Source: a virus
Taxonomy: Duplodnaviria > Caudoviricetes
DNA length: 56,770 bases
Reading direction: 5' to 3' (one strand)
Virus record (IMG/VR): IMGVR_UViG_3300032893_000054
Location: 1-56,770 of that record
The notes under the pieces: generated by a model
The model's input: only the letters and a program-made list of their open reading frames with translations
The model's database searches: none
Told to the model about the DNA's origin: nothing
Translations under genes and position numbers: made by a program
Shown here: positions 18,456 to 27,592 of the stretch, in pieces
Position numbering within the stretch: the first letter of the stretch is position 1
Layout: every line of letters begins with the position of its first letter

Positions 18456-21203
18456 TCAGCCAGTCGCGCATGCGGCCTTCCTCGGCTTCACGTCCACCTC
18501 GTGCATGTCGGCCCAGTTCGGCCCCACATTGCACTCGGCGTCGATCCACAGCCCGTCCGGCGCTATCGTCGGATGCCGGAGCACTTCCGAGGGCCGGATG
18601 AGGATGGGATATACTTCACGCACGTGCTCGTCAACCATGGCTGCTGGGAAGTGGAAGACGAGAGAATCGTGTACGTTGTTCGACAGTCCGTACTTCTCGT
18701 TGAGGCCAGCTTTCTCCAGTAGCTTGATGTGCTCTCGGATGTAGCCAAACGCAATATTAGACAGGTGGTAAGAGATGGCCTCTTCCGCCTGATCCCCGTG
18801 AGAGTAAGCAGCCTTCTTATAATCCCACCGAAAGACCTCATAGAAGCGGCGAATGTGCCCATATTGTGTCCTCTGGAATTGCTGCTCGTGCGCGAGCTGC
18901 TGGACCTTCTTGTGCCACTCGAAGACGCGCGGGAACAAGGATTCGACGACGTCGAGGAATTCCTGCGCCTCCTTCTGGCCACTGAAATCCTCCATGTGCT
19001 TCTCGTAGAGTCCGCGCGCCTTGAGCCCGTTGCCGATGCCGAGGATCGCGTGCTTCATGCGGGCGTCGCGGATGTGCTTCCACTCGGGATTGGACTTCAG
19101 CCATCGACACTTGGCGCGGATCTCCCCGTCACTATAGTCACGTAGTAAGTCGATAGCATGCCACAGTCCCAGCTTGTGTCCGGTAACGATAGAGTGCATG
19201 TCGATCCGGGCGCAGCGTATATAATTTGCATCTTCGGCCAAGAATCCAAGAGTAAGCACGTGACAGGACTTGTAATCCCACTCTGATAGAACATACCCCT
19301 CCTTCGCCGCGATCATCTTGCGTACCGCCTTCGCCAGCCGACCGTGCTTGGGGAAGTTCTGGATGTTCGGATTGCGGGACGAGAGCTGGCCTATTCCTGT
19401 ATCAAAGGTGAACGTCGTATGTGCGAAGCCGTCCGCGTGTGGCTTGAATCCTTCTATGTACGTGCCCCTCATTTTGGACAGTTCGCGATACTCGATCACC
19501 TTCAGGTAGAAGTTGTCACCGGTGCGATTGGCTAGGCGGACGAGTTCCTTCTTCGCTGTCGTGTCTTTGTCGTTGCCTTCGTCGTCTTGCTTGCGGGACT
19601 TGGGGCGCTTGTGACCTTTGGCATCCATGTAAGCGAGAAGCTGTAATCCCGAGTTAGCGTTAAAAGGCACGACTCGACACCAGCGCGTGACGCTTCGTCT
19701 ACAAGGTTCACCAGTATCCTTTTCAACTTCTGTGACTGTGAAGGTACGTTCAACAAGGCCTGTAGTGTCGTTCGGCGTCCGGATATACCCGTAGTCATAG
19801 TTTCCTTTCTTACCGCGTCGCGGCTCCAGTCCCAGCACTTCCTCCGGCACCCTCGACTGGAGTTCCGCGTCGAGCTCCTGCTGCGCCAAGTCGAATTCCC
19901 CGTCTAGCTGCAGCCGGGTGGCGTCATCCACAGGCAGCCCGCGGCGCTCCATGGCGGCGAGGATCGGACGCACCTGCTGCACCTGACCCACGTAACCGCT
20001 CACGCAGTCCCCATCAGCGTCGTACGGAGAATCGTAGATCTGGTCCCGCCGCAACTGTTGATCGAGGAACGTATACAGCCGCAGCGTCGCATCCACGTCC
20101 ACGCAGCCGTAGAACTCCAGGTTCGTCGCCGCTAGATGCTTCCACGGGAACGGGAACTGCACGAACTGGGCACAGAACTGCAGGTGCGCGGGGAGATCCG
20201 GCTGCCAGTGGTGGAACATCTGCAGGGTATCGTGGATCACGCCGCGGGGGCGGAGGTCTAGTCCTTCGCGGGCTCCGCAGGCTTCGAGGACTTTGTTGTC
20301 GAAGAGCCACACGTTATGCCCGAACTTGGCGTTGGACGATCGAAGAACTCTCTGAACAACGCTTCGATACGCTCCTTCCCAAGGGAGCGCAATTCCTTCT
20401 CCAGCGCCCGCGCTGAATTGCACAAGTCGTAGGCGGGTATCAGTAAATCCATCTCGGGCATCTTCGTCGAGTGAGGCTGACTCGTAAGTCTCGATATCAT
20501 AAGAGACGACAAGCGATTCATTGTCTTCAACTCGCCGAGCAAACGCTTCCGCCTCATCGATACTTGGGTGCGTTTGATACCGTAGCGTCGCATACGTCTC
20601 CTTCCTTTCCGGATCAATATTCCACAGCCACTCCCTGTCCCGGCCCGCGGCCACGTTGACCGCTTTCATCACGGTGCGGGACAGGAGGCCTTGGTAGGAG
20701 GCCTTGCCGCGGCGGATGAAGGCGGGATGGTAGCAGCCGACCGTCGGTATCCCGTCCGGCCCGGGCAACGTATACCCGCCCAAGTGTGACACGCCCCTCG
20801 CCTCCCCGGTCATCCCTGTGAGCTCCCTGAGCGCCGTGTCGCCCAGCGCGAGGATCGCCCGGGGGCGGCGCTCGGCGATAGCCGCGTCGAGGTTCGGGCG
20901 GCAGTGGGTCAGCGCGGACCACTCCCACGGTGCACCGGTGAGCCAGTTGTTGCGCGGGCGGCAGCGGAGCATGTTGGTGAGAGAGAACTGCTGCCGCGAG
21001 AGGCCCATCCGCTTGAAGGTACGTTCGAGGAGGGAGCCAGCGGGCGCGTAGGGGCGCAGGGGGAGCTGGTCGCGTGCTTCCATTTCACCAGATGCTTCCG
21101 CGACGACCATAACGCCGAGCGATCCGGAGCCTTCGACGCGGGAGAAGTCGGTGCCGTGGGAGTAACAAGGACAGTCGGTGCAGGATGGAGGCTTGCTACG
21201 CAT
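18456..21203 (-). CDS. Family A DNA polymerase with N-terminal family-4 uracil-DNA glycosylase-like domain and 3'-5' exonuclease
   Basis: UDG: CTDC, AEASGEME, TNMLRCRP, YHPA. Exo I/II/III: YDIET, GHNVWLFD, YGCVD. Pol: LSSRNPNIQN, WDYK, DMH, K..ILG, VHDS. Confidence 0.9.
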   Translation of the reverse strand: MRSKPPSCTDCPCYSHGTDFSRVEGSGSLGVMVVAEASGEMEARDQLPLRPYAPAGSLLERTFKRMGLSRQQFSLTNMLRCRPRNNWLTGAPWEWSALTHCRPNLDAAIAERRPRAILALGDTALRELTGMTGEARGVSHLGGYTLPGPDGIPTVGCYHPAFIRRGKASYQGLLSRTVMKAVNVAAGRDREWLWNIDPERKETYATLRYQTHPSIDEAEAFARRVEDNESLVVSYDIETYESASLDEDARDGFTDTRLRLVQFSAGAGEGIALPWEGAYRSVVQRVLRSSNAKFGHNVWLFDNKVLEACGAREGLDLRPRGVIHDTLQMFHHWQPDLPAHLQFCAQFVQFPFPWKHLAATNLEFYGCVDVDATLRLYTFLDQQLRRDQIYDSPYDADGDCVSGYVGQVQQVRPILAAMERRGLPVDDATRLQLDGEFDLAQQELDAELQSRVPEEVLGLEPRRGKKGNYDYGYIRTPNDTTGLVERTFTVTEVEKDTGEPCRRSVTRWCRVVPFNANSGLQLLAYMDAKGHKRPKSRKQDDEGNDKDTTAKKELVRLANRTGDNFYLKVIEYRELSKMRGTYIEGFKPHADGFAHTTFTFDTGIGQLSSRNPNIQNFPKHGRLAKAVRKMIAAKEGYVLSEWDYKSCHVLTLGFLAEDANYIRCARIDMHSIVTGHKLGLWHAIDLLRDYSDGEIRAKCRWLKSNPEWKHIRDARMKHAILGIGNGLKARGLYEKHMEDFSGQKEAQEFLDVVESLFPRVFEWHKKVQQLAHEQQFQRTQYGHIRRFYEVFRWDYKKAAYSHGDQAEEAISYHLSNIAFGYIREHIKLLEKAGLNEKYGLSNNVHDSLVFHFPAAMVDEHVREVYPILIRPSEVLRHPTIAPDGLWIDAECNVGPNWADMHEVDVKPRKAACATG

Positions 21204-21579
21204 AGATCACCACAAGAGAGTCAAACGGAGCACTGTTCTTGGTTCCCGAAAACTTCAGCCTACCACGCAGAAACCGTATCTCCGTAGCGAAGGGCAGCAC
21301 TTGCTCGTGAAACCACTTAGTACCTGTACGTGATGGCAAGAGGAACACGGACACCTCAGCCACCTTACGCATCTCCAAGAACTCTGTAATCTTGTTATAA
21401 GGCGGATTGCAAAACACGCGATGTCCACGCCATTTTTCAACGTCCAGCCCATCCATAGAATACAGGGGATTGGGATCAGTATCTAACTTGAACTCTTCAT
21501 AGAGTTTGGCTCGAATGTCTTCGGGCGTAGCCCAGTGAACGGATTCCTTAGAGAAGATGCCCTTTACATTCATAACCAC
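21196..21579 (-). CDS. Phage N6-adenine DNA methyltransferase (Dam-like, short)
   Basis: WATP, VFCNPPY, LLPSRTGTKWFH, IRFLRGRLKF, APFDS; AT-richer than its neighbours. Confidence 0.85.
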   Translation of the reverse strand: MVMNVKGIFSKESVHWATPEDIRAKLYEEFKLDTDPNPLYSMDGLDVEKWRGHRVFCNPPYNKITEFLEMRKVAEVSVFLLPSRTGTKWFHEQVLPFATEIRFLRGRLKFSGTKNSAPFDSLVVIYA

Positions 21580-22961
21580 GGCCTCACCCTCTCATCCACC
21601 GCGCACTGCTTCACATACCGCTCCCGCTGGCCCACCACGCGCAATCCCTCCAGCGTGCGGCATCGAGACATGGCCACGTAGAGCATCGCCGGGGAGCCGA
21701 AGAAGTGGTCACGGATATCGATCTGGCAGCGATCCAGACTGAGCCCCTGACTTTTATGACAAGTACTCGCGTATGCCAGCCGCACGGGCCATAGCTCGAC
21801 TTGCCCCTCCGCGAACCGCCGCTTGTCCGGCATCCAGTGCGGCCGCGGGCACCACTCCCCGTGCCCGGTCGCGCCCAGCCCCTTCGCCCATCCCTCTGGC
21901 TTCGACTTGGTGCCCACGTCGCGGACCACGCGCGGGACGTCGACCAGCGACCCGTTGCGGACTAACTCGACCCACAGGTGGGAGGCGTCGGAGCCCTCCG
22001 CCACGTGGCCGCAGTCCCCGTTCGCGTACACGAGGTTGCGGTCCTCGTCGTAGCGGTTGGCGAGGAGCATGACGTAGGCGCCCTGCTTGAGTGTCACCCG
22101 GTCGGGCACCTGCTTCCACTCGCCGCGCTGCTTGCCCCAGCGGCGATTGCCCAGCGTGAACGTGCGTCCGGGGAGGCGGTCGAGGGCCATCCCGTTATAC
22201 CTGTCTACTTGGTCGTTCTTGCTGACGATCGTGGTGCCATCGAAGTCGAGCGATAGCGCCGAATGCCACTCCAGCCCCTCCTGCGCCAGCACCTGCGACG
22301 CGGCATCACCATTCCCACTCCGGGTGAGGTTGAGCGCGTTCAGGAACGGCCCGGCGTCCTGGCGCCATACCTTGGTGAGTCGCGTCGTGTGGGCGTCGAA
22401 GCGGTGCCACTCGTCGGACTCGAACGCCCAGCGCGCGCGGACAGGAGGGAGCTGCGCGAAGTCGCCGACCAGCGTCAGGCCGATCGGTGGCTGATCGGAT
22501 ACGAACGAATTGGCCTCCAGCGCCGCGCGGACGAGGATGGACAGTTGTTCCCCGTCCATCATCGACACTTCGTCGATCACGATCCGGCGGTAGTCGTCGC
22601 GCAGCTCGCGCAGGCGGCGGACGAGGGAGCCATTGAGGTACGAATCGCGCAGGGAGTCAGTGTCGAAATAGCGCAGGAGGGAGTTGAGCGTGGTGGTGCC
22701 GAGGTTCACGGCGGCGATGCCAGTCGTCGCGGCCAGCACGCCTGCGGAGGGGTCTGCGGCTATCCGTTCCCGCCAGTGGAAGGTCTTGCCCGAGCCGGCG
22801 ACGCCGCAGGTGAACTCGCAGGGCACCGTGGCTTCCCCTGCTCCCGGCTCCACTTCCACCGGGTCTGCCAGTGGATCCATGAGTGGTAGGAGATCAGCCC
22901 CTGACGGCTCCTGCGCTGCCAGTTCGCCTTGCTGAGGTTTTTGCATATCCTGCATTGCCAT
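21570..22961 (-). CDS. Pif1/RecD-like SF1B DNA helicase
   Basis: GVAGSGKT, ATTGIAA, IDEVSM, GDFAQLPPV, LTKVWRQ, LAYASTCHKSQGLSL, YVAMSR. Confidence 0.92.
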   Translation of the reverse strand: MAMQDMQKPQQGELAAQEPSGADLLPLMDPLADPVEVEPGAGEATVPCEFTCGVAGSGKTFHWRERIAADPSAGVLAATTGIAAVNLGTTTLNSLLRYFDTDSLRDSYLNGSLVRRLRELRDDYRRIVIDEVSMMDGEQLSILVRAALEANSFVSDQPPIGLTLVGDFAQLPPVRARWAFESDEWHRFDAHTTRLTKVWRQDAGPFLNALNLTRSGNGDAASQVLAQEGLEWHSALSLDFDGTTIVSKNDQVDRYNGMALDRLPGRTFTLGNRRWGKQRGEWKQVPDRVTLKQGAYVMLLANRYDEDRNLVYANGDCGHVAEGSDASHLWVELVRNGSLVDVPRVVRDVGTKSKPEGWAKGLGATGHGEWCPRPHWMPDKRRFAEGQVELWPVRLAYASTCHKSQGLSLDRCQIDIRDHFFGSPAMLYVAMSRCRTLEGLRVVGQRERYVKQCAVDERVRPWL

Positions 22962-23059
22962 TTCCTCCTACTGGTGAATATCACGTTGTCCGGGGTCAGC
23001 GTATGACCGTGGATACAGGCCGCCGGGATGACGAGGGCGCCCACTGCCCTGCGGGGCAT
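22760..23059 (-). CDS. Small Zn-binding protein (C-x2-GH...C-x2-C motif), overlapping the helicase 5' end
   Basis: CIHGHTLTPDNV...QCRIC resembles the Zn module often appended to phage HNH endonucleases. Confidence 0.45.
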   Translation of the reverse strand: MPRRAVGALVIPAACIHGHTLTPDNVIFTSRRKWQCRICKNLSKANWQRRSRQGLISYHSWIHWQTRWKWSREQGKPRCPASSPAASPARARPSTGGNG

Positions 23060-23269
23060 CTACGAGTGTGTAGGGGCGTAGCAGATCCCCTCCTCCATGG
23101 GCGGCGCGTCCATCATCTCGGCATGGAGTTCGCACAGGTCATGCCCGTGCCCGTCTGCGTCCTGCCAGAGCCCGACCGCGCGGCGGCGGCAGACCTCGAT
23201 CCGCTCGCACGGCGGAGCGGTCAATCCCTTGCTGTAGTAGCGCTGAATCCAACGAAGCGGCGTTGCCAT
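23060..23269 (-). CDS. Small Zn-finger-like hypothetical protein
   Basis: AGGAGG RBS; C..C...LC..H pattern. Confidence 0.5.
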   Translation of the reverse strand: MATPLRWIQRYYSKGLTAPPCERIEVCRRRAVGLWQDADGHGHDLCELHAEMMDAPPMEEGICYAPTHS

Positions 23270-23401
23270 ATCGGACTCCTCCTGCTCGGATTGTGGTGCT
23301 GGGACAGAAAACGCAGAGGGCCACTCCCAGCCTTGGGCGGCCCCCTGCGACGGCCCTCCCGGTCAGGCTGTCACGCGCTGGGGGAGGGCCGATGGCGATG
23401 G

Positions 23402-24151
23402 TCACTTGGCCGCGCCAGTGCCCTGCGTGGCCTGCGACTCCTTGAGCGAGAACGGAGCCACCAGCCGCGCTTGCGCCCGCACCTGTTGCTTGCAGACTTG
23501 GCACTGCACCATGGGATCGTGCACGCCGGGCGTCTTGGTCGCGGCGAACCGATGCATACCCTGCAGGATCGGCCGCGGCTGTCGCTCCCCGCGCTTCTTC
23601 GCCACCTCCTGGCAGTGCTGGCACTCGGCCGACCACGCGGTCTCGTAGATCAGTTCCGGTTCCGACGCCAGCACCTGTAGCAGCGTCTCCATGACCGCCT
23701 TCTGGGTGGGGGAGGGGGGAATCTTGCCGCCCAGCTTCAGGATCATGGTGGCCGCCTGCGACGTGCCCTTGCGCTGGTCGACCAGCGTCTTGACCCAGTA
23801 GTCGGTGAGTTGCGTCCCGTCGAAGTCGCCAGAATGGTCGATCACCGAATACTGGATGTTGGTCGCGAAGAACGGCCGCCCGTTGTCCATCTTGGCGCGG
23901 GAGAAGACCGCATACCGTTGCTGCTGCCCGCGGTCGTCCTTGATGTCGAACTGCTTGGCCTTCATGCGCCATTTCCCGTCGGGCAGCGGGGGCAGGACCG
24001 CATACGCATCCGCCTCCGGGTCGATGGTCAGGACTTCGGAGGTCAGCCGGGGGTCGTTAGGGTCGATCAACTGCTGCGGCTCGCTACCGGATGAGGGCTG
24101 AGCGTCAGCAGGTGCGTCTGTGTTCATCACTTCACCAAATGCTGCTGTCAT
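23402..24151 (-). CDS. ssDNA-binding protein candidate (DUF669-like OB fold) with Zn ribbon
   Basis: PLPDGKW motif after an acidic N-terminus; directly downstream of the AAA_24 ATPase; CQHC/CQVC pairs. Confidence 0.5.
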   Translation of the reverse strand: MTAAFGEVMNTDAPADAQPSSGSEPQQLIDPNDPRLTSEVLTIDPEADAYAVLPPLPDGKWRMKAKQFDIKDDRGQQQRYAVFSRAKMDNGRPFFATNIQYSVIDHSGDFDGTQLTDYWVKTLVDQRKGTSQAATMILKLGGKIPPSPTQKAVMETLLQVLASEPELIYETAWSAECQHCQEVAKKRGERQPRPILQGMHRFAATKTPGVHDPMVQCQVCKQQVRAQARLVAPFSLKESQATQGTGAAK

Positions 24152-24160
24152 TGTTGTCTC

Positions 24161-25186
24161 CTATTTAGTTGATACTGTCGTTGTAGCCTTGCCGCGCCCT
24201 AGCTTCTCGTCGGCGCGCTGACGCCAACCTTGTAGTGTGTCCGCCTGGCCGGCGGCCAGTTCGTCCACCGTGGCCAGATAGCGGTCGAGCCCACCGGAAT
24301 CGTCGGACTCGAAGTATCCGCCCGGGAACCGCCGCTCCAACTCCTTCACCTTCTCCGGCGTCACACGCGGCTTGGCGGGGAACAGGATCCCGGTCGCAGG
24401 GTCCGGATGCTTCTTGTAATAGAACCGGACCACCGTGTCCAGCAGTTTCTGGTCGACCAGCTTGGACTTGTCCGTCGGGTCTGGCACCTTCTCGATGCGC
24501 TCGATCGAGTAATCCTGCGCGTGAATCAGGTCGCCCACCCATGAGCCGCATTGCGATGTCGCCTTCTTGCCGGAGATCGCAGGACCGTAGATCGTCGAAC
24601 GGTCGTCGTCTTCGGTCTTCGACTCCAGCGCGGTGTAGAGGACGTAGCGCAGAGGGAGGGAGTTGAAGTTCATCACCAGGCCGTAGAGGAAGTTCTGCAC
24701 GAAGCCGTAGTCGCCGCGCGTGGAGGACATGAACGATTCCTGCTGCGACACGCCATCAATGACCACTTGGTTGTAGAATCCGCCCAGCTTCGCCCGATCC
24801 TCGCCGCCCACGTTCTTATTGGTGTCGGGGAGATAGCGCATCGCGGCCGAGGTGATCGACGTCCAGCCTTCGACAATCATTCCGCCGATGAGATCGTAGT
24901 TGAGCCGGGTGAGTCCTTGCGCGCTGTAGGGGTCGGCCAGGTCCTTCGGCCAGTAGCCTTGCGACACCTTGCGCAGGATAGCCAGCGGCACGATCGTGGA
25001 GTCGCAGAAGAACGGCACGATCATCCCTGCGTCGATCTCGGGCTGGCACGGCCCCCAGCCGCCGCCATCCATGGAGAGGAGCGCGGTGGCCTTGCCGGTG
25101 GTGCGTGCGATGTAGTGCGCGAACCACTTGCCCTGGGTCGTCTTCCGCGATCCGGTAGAGCCGTAGACGCAGCCGCTCCTAGCCAT
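24161..25186 (-). CDS. AAA_24 / Sak4-like ATPase (recombination)
   Basis: N-terminal VYGSTGSRKTT (variant Walker A), IVEGWTS (Walker B-like), DYG, YGPAISGK. Confidence 0.75.
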   Translation of the reverse strand: MARSGCVYGSTGSRKTTQGKWFAHYIARTTGKATALLSMDGGGWGPCQPEIDAGMIVPFFCDSTIVPLAILRKVSQGYWPKDLADPYSAQGLTRLNYDLIGGMIVEGWTSITSAAMRYLPDTNKNVGGEDRAKLGGFYNQVVIDGVSQQESFMSSTRGDYGFVQNFLYGLVMNFNSLPLRYVLYTALESKTEDDDRSTIYGPAISGKKATSQCGSWVGDLIHAQDYSIERIEKVPDPTDKSKLVDQKLLDTVVRFYYKKHPDPATGILFPAKPRVTPEKVKELERRFPGGYFESDDSGGLDRYLATVDELAAGQADTLQGWRQRADEKLGRGKATTTVSTK

Positions 25187-25391
25187 TGACCGTCTCCACT
25201 ATCGATGGCGATGGAGTCACGCGCGGGGACACCGTGGCCCGCTTCTTCCGCGGGGTCGCTGAGGGCTTGCGCTCTTTGGGCGCGGGACGCTCCAGCAGCA
25301 GATAGTCCGCGCCTTGCCCCACTACCTTGGCGCCGGACAGGTTGGTCTTGGGATCGACACCGATGATCACTTTCACATAAGGACTTCTCAT
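25179..25391 (-). CDS. Hypothetical basic protein
   Basis: Coupled to both neighbours by overlaps. Confidence 0.55.
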   Translation of the reverse strand: MRSPYVKVIIGVDPKTNLSGAKVVGQGADYLLLERPAPKERKPSATPRKKRATVSPRVTPSPSIVETVNG

Positions 25392-25531
25392 TGCACCACC
25401 GCCTTTCTGAGTAACACGAGAACCAGATTGTGAAGCGTGCGCTGCTCCTTCTGGGCTCTGAGGATCAGCATCTTGTAGAGGGCGTCGTCAGGCTTGATGT
25501 GGAGCGTGTTGTTGTTTGGCTTGCGCTTCAT
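25388..25531 (-). CDS. Ribbon-helix-helix (Arc-like) regulator, 47 aa, absent from the ORF track
   Basis: Manual translation MKRKPNNNTLHIKPDDALYKMLILRAQKEQRTLHNLVLVLLRKAVVQ; ATGA overlap with the next gene. Confidence 0.7.
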   Translation of the reverse strand: MKRKPNNNTLHIKPDDALYKMLILRAQKEQRTLHNLVLVLLRKAVVQ

Positions 25532-25541
25532 GACGGACCTG

Positions 25542-25569
25542 AGTGTACATCAGTGGTAAAAATTGTCAA
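25542..25569 (-). promoter_or_regulatory. Sigma70-like promoter for the replication operon
   Basis: TTGACA-16nt-TACACT on the minus strand, 10 nt before the RHH start. Confidence 0.55.
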
Positions 25570-25625
25570 GCATAAAATATCAGAATTTGATGCAATGTCT
25601 GGTGCCGTCTACTGAGACCAGAGCT

Positions 25626-26033
25626 TTACGTTCCGTCCTTTTTGGGAATTCTAGCTTCTGCGTCCCGGATGGCAAACGCGCAGGCCACTGAGCGGGACTC
25701 GGTTATGAATCCATCGCACTGCTTGTGGACTTCATCGACGGAGACGCGTTCCTCGCGCAGCCGCTTAAGCATGTAGGCGATTGCGTCATCAAATGCGTAA
25801 TGGAATGTGGCGTTATATTGAATCTCCTCCGCAGTGTGCCAAGCCTTCTGCTCCTTAGCCTTCGGCGGCTCTCCGCTTGGCTCCAGCGTGACCGGAGTGC
25901 GCGAACCGAGATGCGGCGCGTAGTCAAACGAGCAGAATGTCGTACTGTTAATATCGGCGTTCGGGTTACATGACCAGACGTTCGCTTGCTGCCCTACCGC
26001 TGCCAGTACCAGTGCCAAAGCGAAAGAGGTCAT
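25626..26033 (-). CDS. Hypothetical protein with hydrophobic N-terminus
   Basis: GAGGAG RBS; MTSFALALVLAAVG. Confidence 0.55.
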   Translation of the reverse strand: MTSFALALVLAAVGQQANVWSCNPNADINSTTFCSFDYAPHLGSRTPVTLEPSGEPPKAKEQKAWHTAEEIQYNATFHYAFDDAIAYMLKRLREERVSVDEVHKQCDGFITESRSVACAFAIRDAEARIPKKDGT

Positions 26034-26263
26034 CGGGTTGGCTCCTCCGCGCAATCCCAAGCGAACAATCCAGAGTTGCCTTTCTTTGTGGTGCTGGCAT
26101 CCATGAACCAGTAATCACTTTGCGCGAAAATGCAATCGTCCTGAGGTGGGATCGGCTTATAAGTCCACACGTACTGCCGTCCAGTTGGAAGCGGAATATA
26201 CCAAGCCGCATATCCAGCCAAAAGTGGTGTAACCAGAACTAACAATATTAGCCAGCGCGTCAT
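26030..26263 (-). CDS. Hypothetical protein with signal/TM segment
   Basis: ATGA overlap; hydrophobic N-terminus. Confidence 0.5.
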   Translation of the reverse strand: MTRWLILLVLVTPLLAGYAAWYIPLPTGRQYVWTYKPIPPQDDCIFAQSDYWFMDASTTKKGNSGLFAWDCAEEPTR

Positions 26264-26357
26264 TTCCGCCCCTCGTTCATGGCCTCTCCCTCGCTTTTTA
26301 CAACACGTACCACGTAGGGCTGATGTGCCGCGACAATGTAATCACTAGGCGTGTTCT

Positions 26358-26582
26358 TCATGGCAATCCTCCAGTCTCCCCGCGACCAATTTGGATGTCG
26401 TCGAATCCTGTGAACTTGGGTATAGCTGATCTACGCAGAACACACATATTTAACCGCCACATCTCATCGAGATAATCCAATGACTCATCTGTCGGCGCTT
26501 CAGGTATCCATACTTGGATAAGGCTATCGTGGCCTGACGTGCAGCCGATCTGGTACAAGCGCAATATAGGTTTCGTCGCCAT
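26358..26582 (-). CDS. Hypothetical protein
   Basis: Purine-rich RBS; member of the small-gene array. Confidence 0.5.
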   Translation of the reverse strand: MATKPILRLYQIGCTSGHDSLIQVWIPEAPTDESLDYLDEMWRLNMCVLRRSAIPKFTGFDDIQIGRGETGGLP

Positions 26583-26676
26583 TGTCCCTTCCTCCCTCAG
26601 CCCTCACTGCGATACGAAATATGAAACCAGCACAGCACCCGCCCGCACCAACCGACAATCGGTCGTGAACCGCGTG

Positions 26677-26931
26677 TCAGTGATGGTTGAACACGCTTGG
26701 ATCACATCTTCGACATTTGTAAACCATTGCCACCGTTACGCGAACCATCTGTAGACCGCAACGGGAACAGTTCGATTCCAATTTGGTCGCACCCGTGGCA
26801 CACGGTCGATTAACTTGAAATCCGTCGTCAAACCGAAGCCAGTGTCGCAAGATCCCATCGCCGTAGATGTCCTCCGCCTTTTTCCAGTGGCGCACATCTT
26901 GGCATCTAGCGCAGACTTTTCGGATATCCAT
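26677..26931 (-). CDS. Cys-rich (multiple CxxC) hypothetical protein
   Basis: CARC, CSRC, CRRC. Confidence 0.5.
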   Translation of the reverse strand: MDIRKVCARCQDVRHWKKAEDIYGDGILRHWLRFDDGFQVNRPCATGATKLESNCSRCGLQMVRVTVAMVYKCRRCDPSVFNHH

Positions 26932-27334
26932 GACAATCCTCACGTTGACATGCCTGTCCCTCTCCACAGTCGCAACTAGTCGTTTCTTCTAAATCTTGAA
27001 TCTGCTCGCATACAATGCACACACTATGCCAGCCGATATCATGCGGTGGATGTAGCTGGCGCAGCAATCGCGCCGCAACAGTCAGCCGCGACTGGGGATC
27101 AAGTTCCTTTGTAAGCGGGTTAAACGGGATACGCACTTTCTTTGATGTTTGATGGCGAGCTACCTTGCAATCATTCGGACAGGTGCAGGGTCCGTCTGGG
27201 TCTTTGCCATAACTACTCATAATCCCCTCACTTTTTTGGGGTTTCATGTGTCGTACTGACGTTCGTTCTTTTGACCCCCAGTACCCATCATGCCAACCTC
27301 GACCCTTAAAGTTCTGTCTGCGGAAACGGCTCAC
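26906..27334 (-). CDS. Cys-rich hypothetical protein (start uncertain)
   Basis: GTGA overlap upstream; CTCPNDC, CIVC. Confidence 0.45.
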   Translation of the reverse strand: MSRFRRQNFKGRGWHDGYWGSKERTSVRHMKPQKSEGIMSSYGKDPDGPCTCPNDCKVARHQTSKKVRIPFNPLTKELDPQSRLTVAARLLRQLHPPHDIGWHSVCIVCEQIQDLEETTSCDCGEGQACQREDCHGYPKSLR

Positions 27335-27519
27335 AACTGTTTCTCGGCTTTCTTGACCGCTTCATCATTCTGGCGATTCAGTTCGTCGTATTTCGCCTGA
27401 ACCTCTGGGCTCGCTTTGTCGTAGGCCGCTTGCATGTCGGCATCGGTTCCGTAGGGATAGACGCCTAGCAACTTGCGCATCTCATCCAAGATGGCGATGT
27501 GCTTCTCTTCCCAGTTCAT
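27331..27519 (-). CDS. Hypothetical helical protein (MNWEEKHIAIL...)
   Basis: GGAGGAAACAATG start context. Confidence 0.55.
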   Translation of the reverse strand: MNWEEKHIAILDEMRKLLGVYPYGTDADMQAAYDKASPEVQAKYDELNRQNDEAVKKAEKQL

Positions 27520-27592
27520 TGTTTCCTCCATTGAGTACAGCGGGAATCGGCTGCCATCCACTTCAGGAATTGAGGCTTACTAAGGCTCATAA

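Noticed and set aside
18456-21203. DpoZ / Z-genome system
   Set aside because: No purZ, datZ or mazZ-like gene is recognisable, and an adenine methylase is present.
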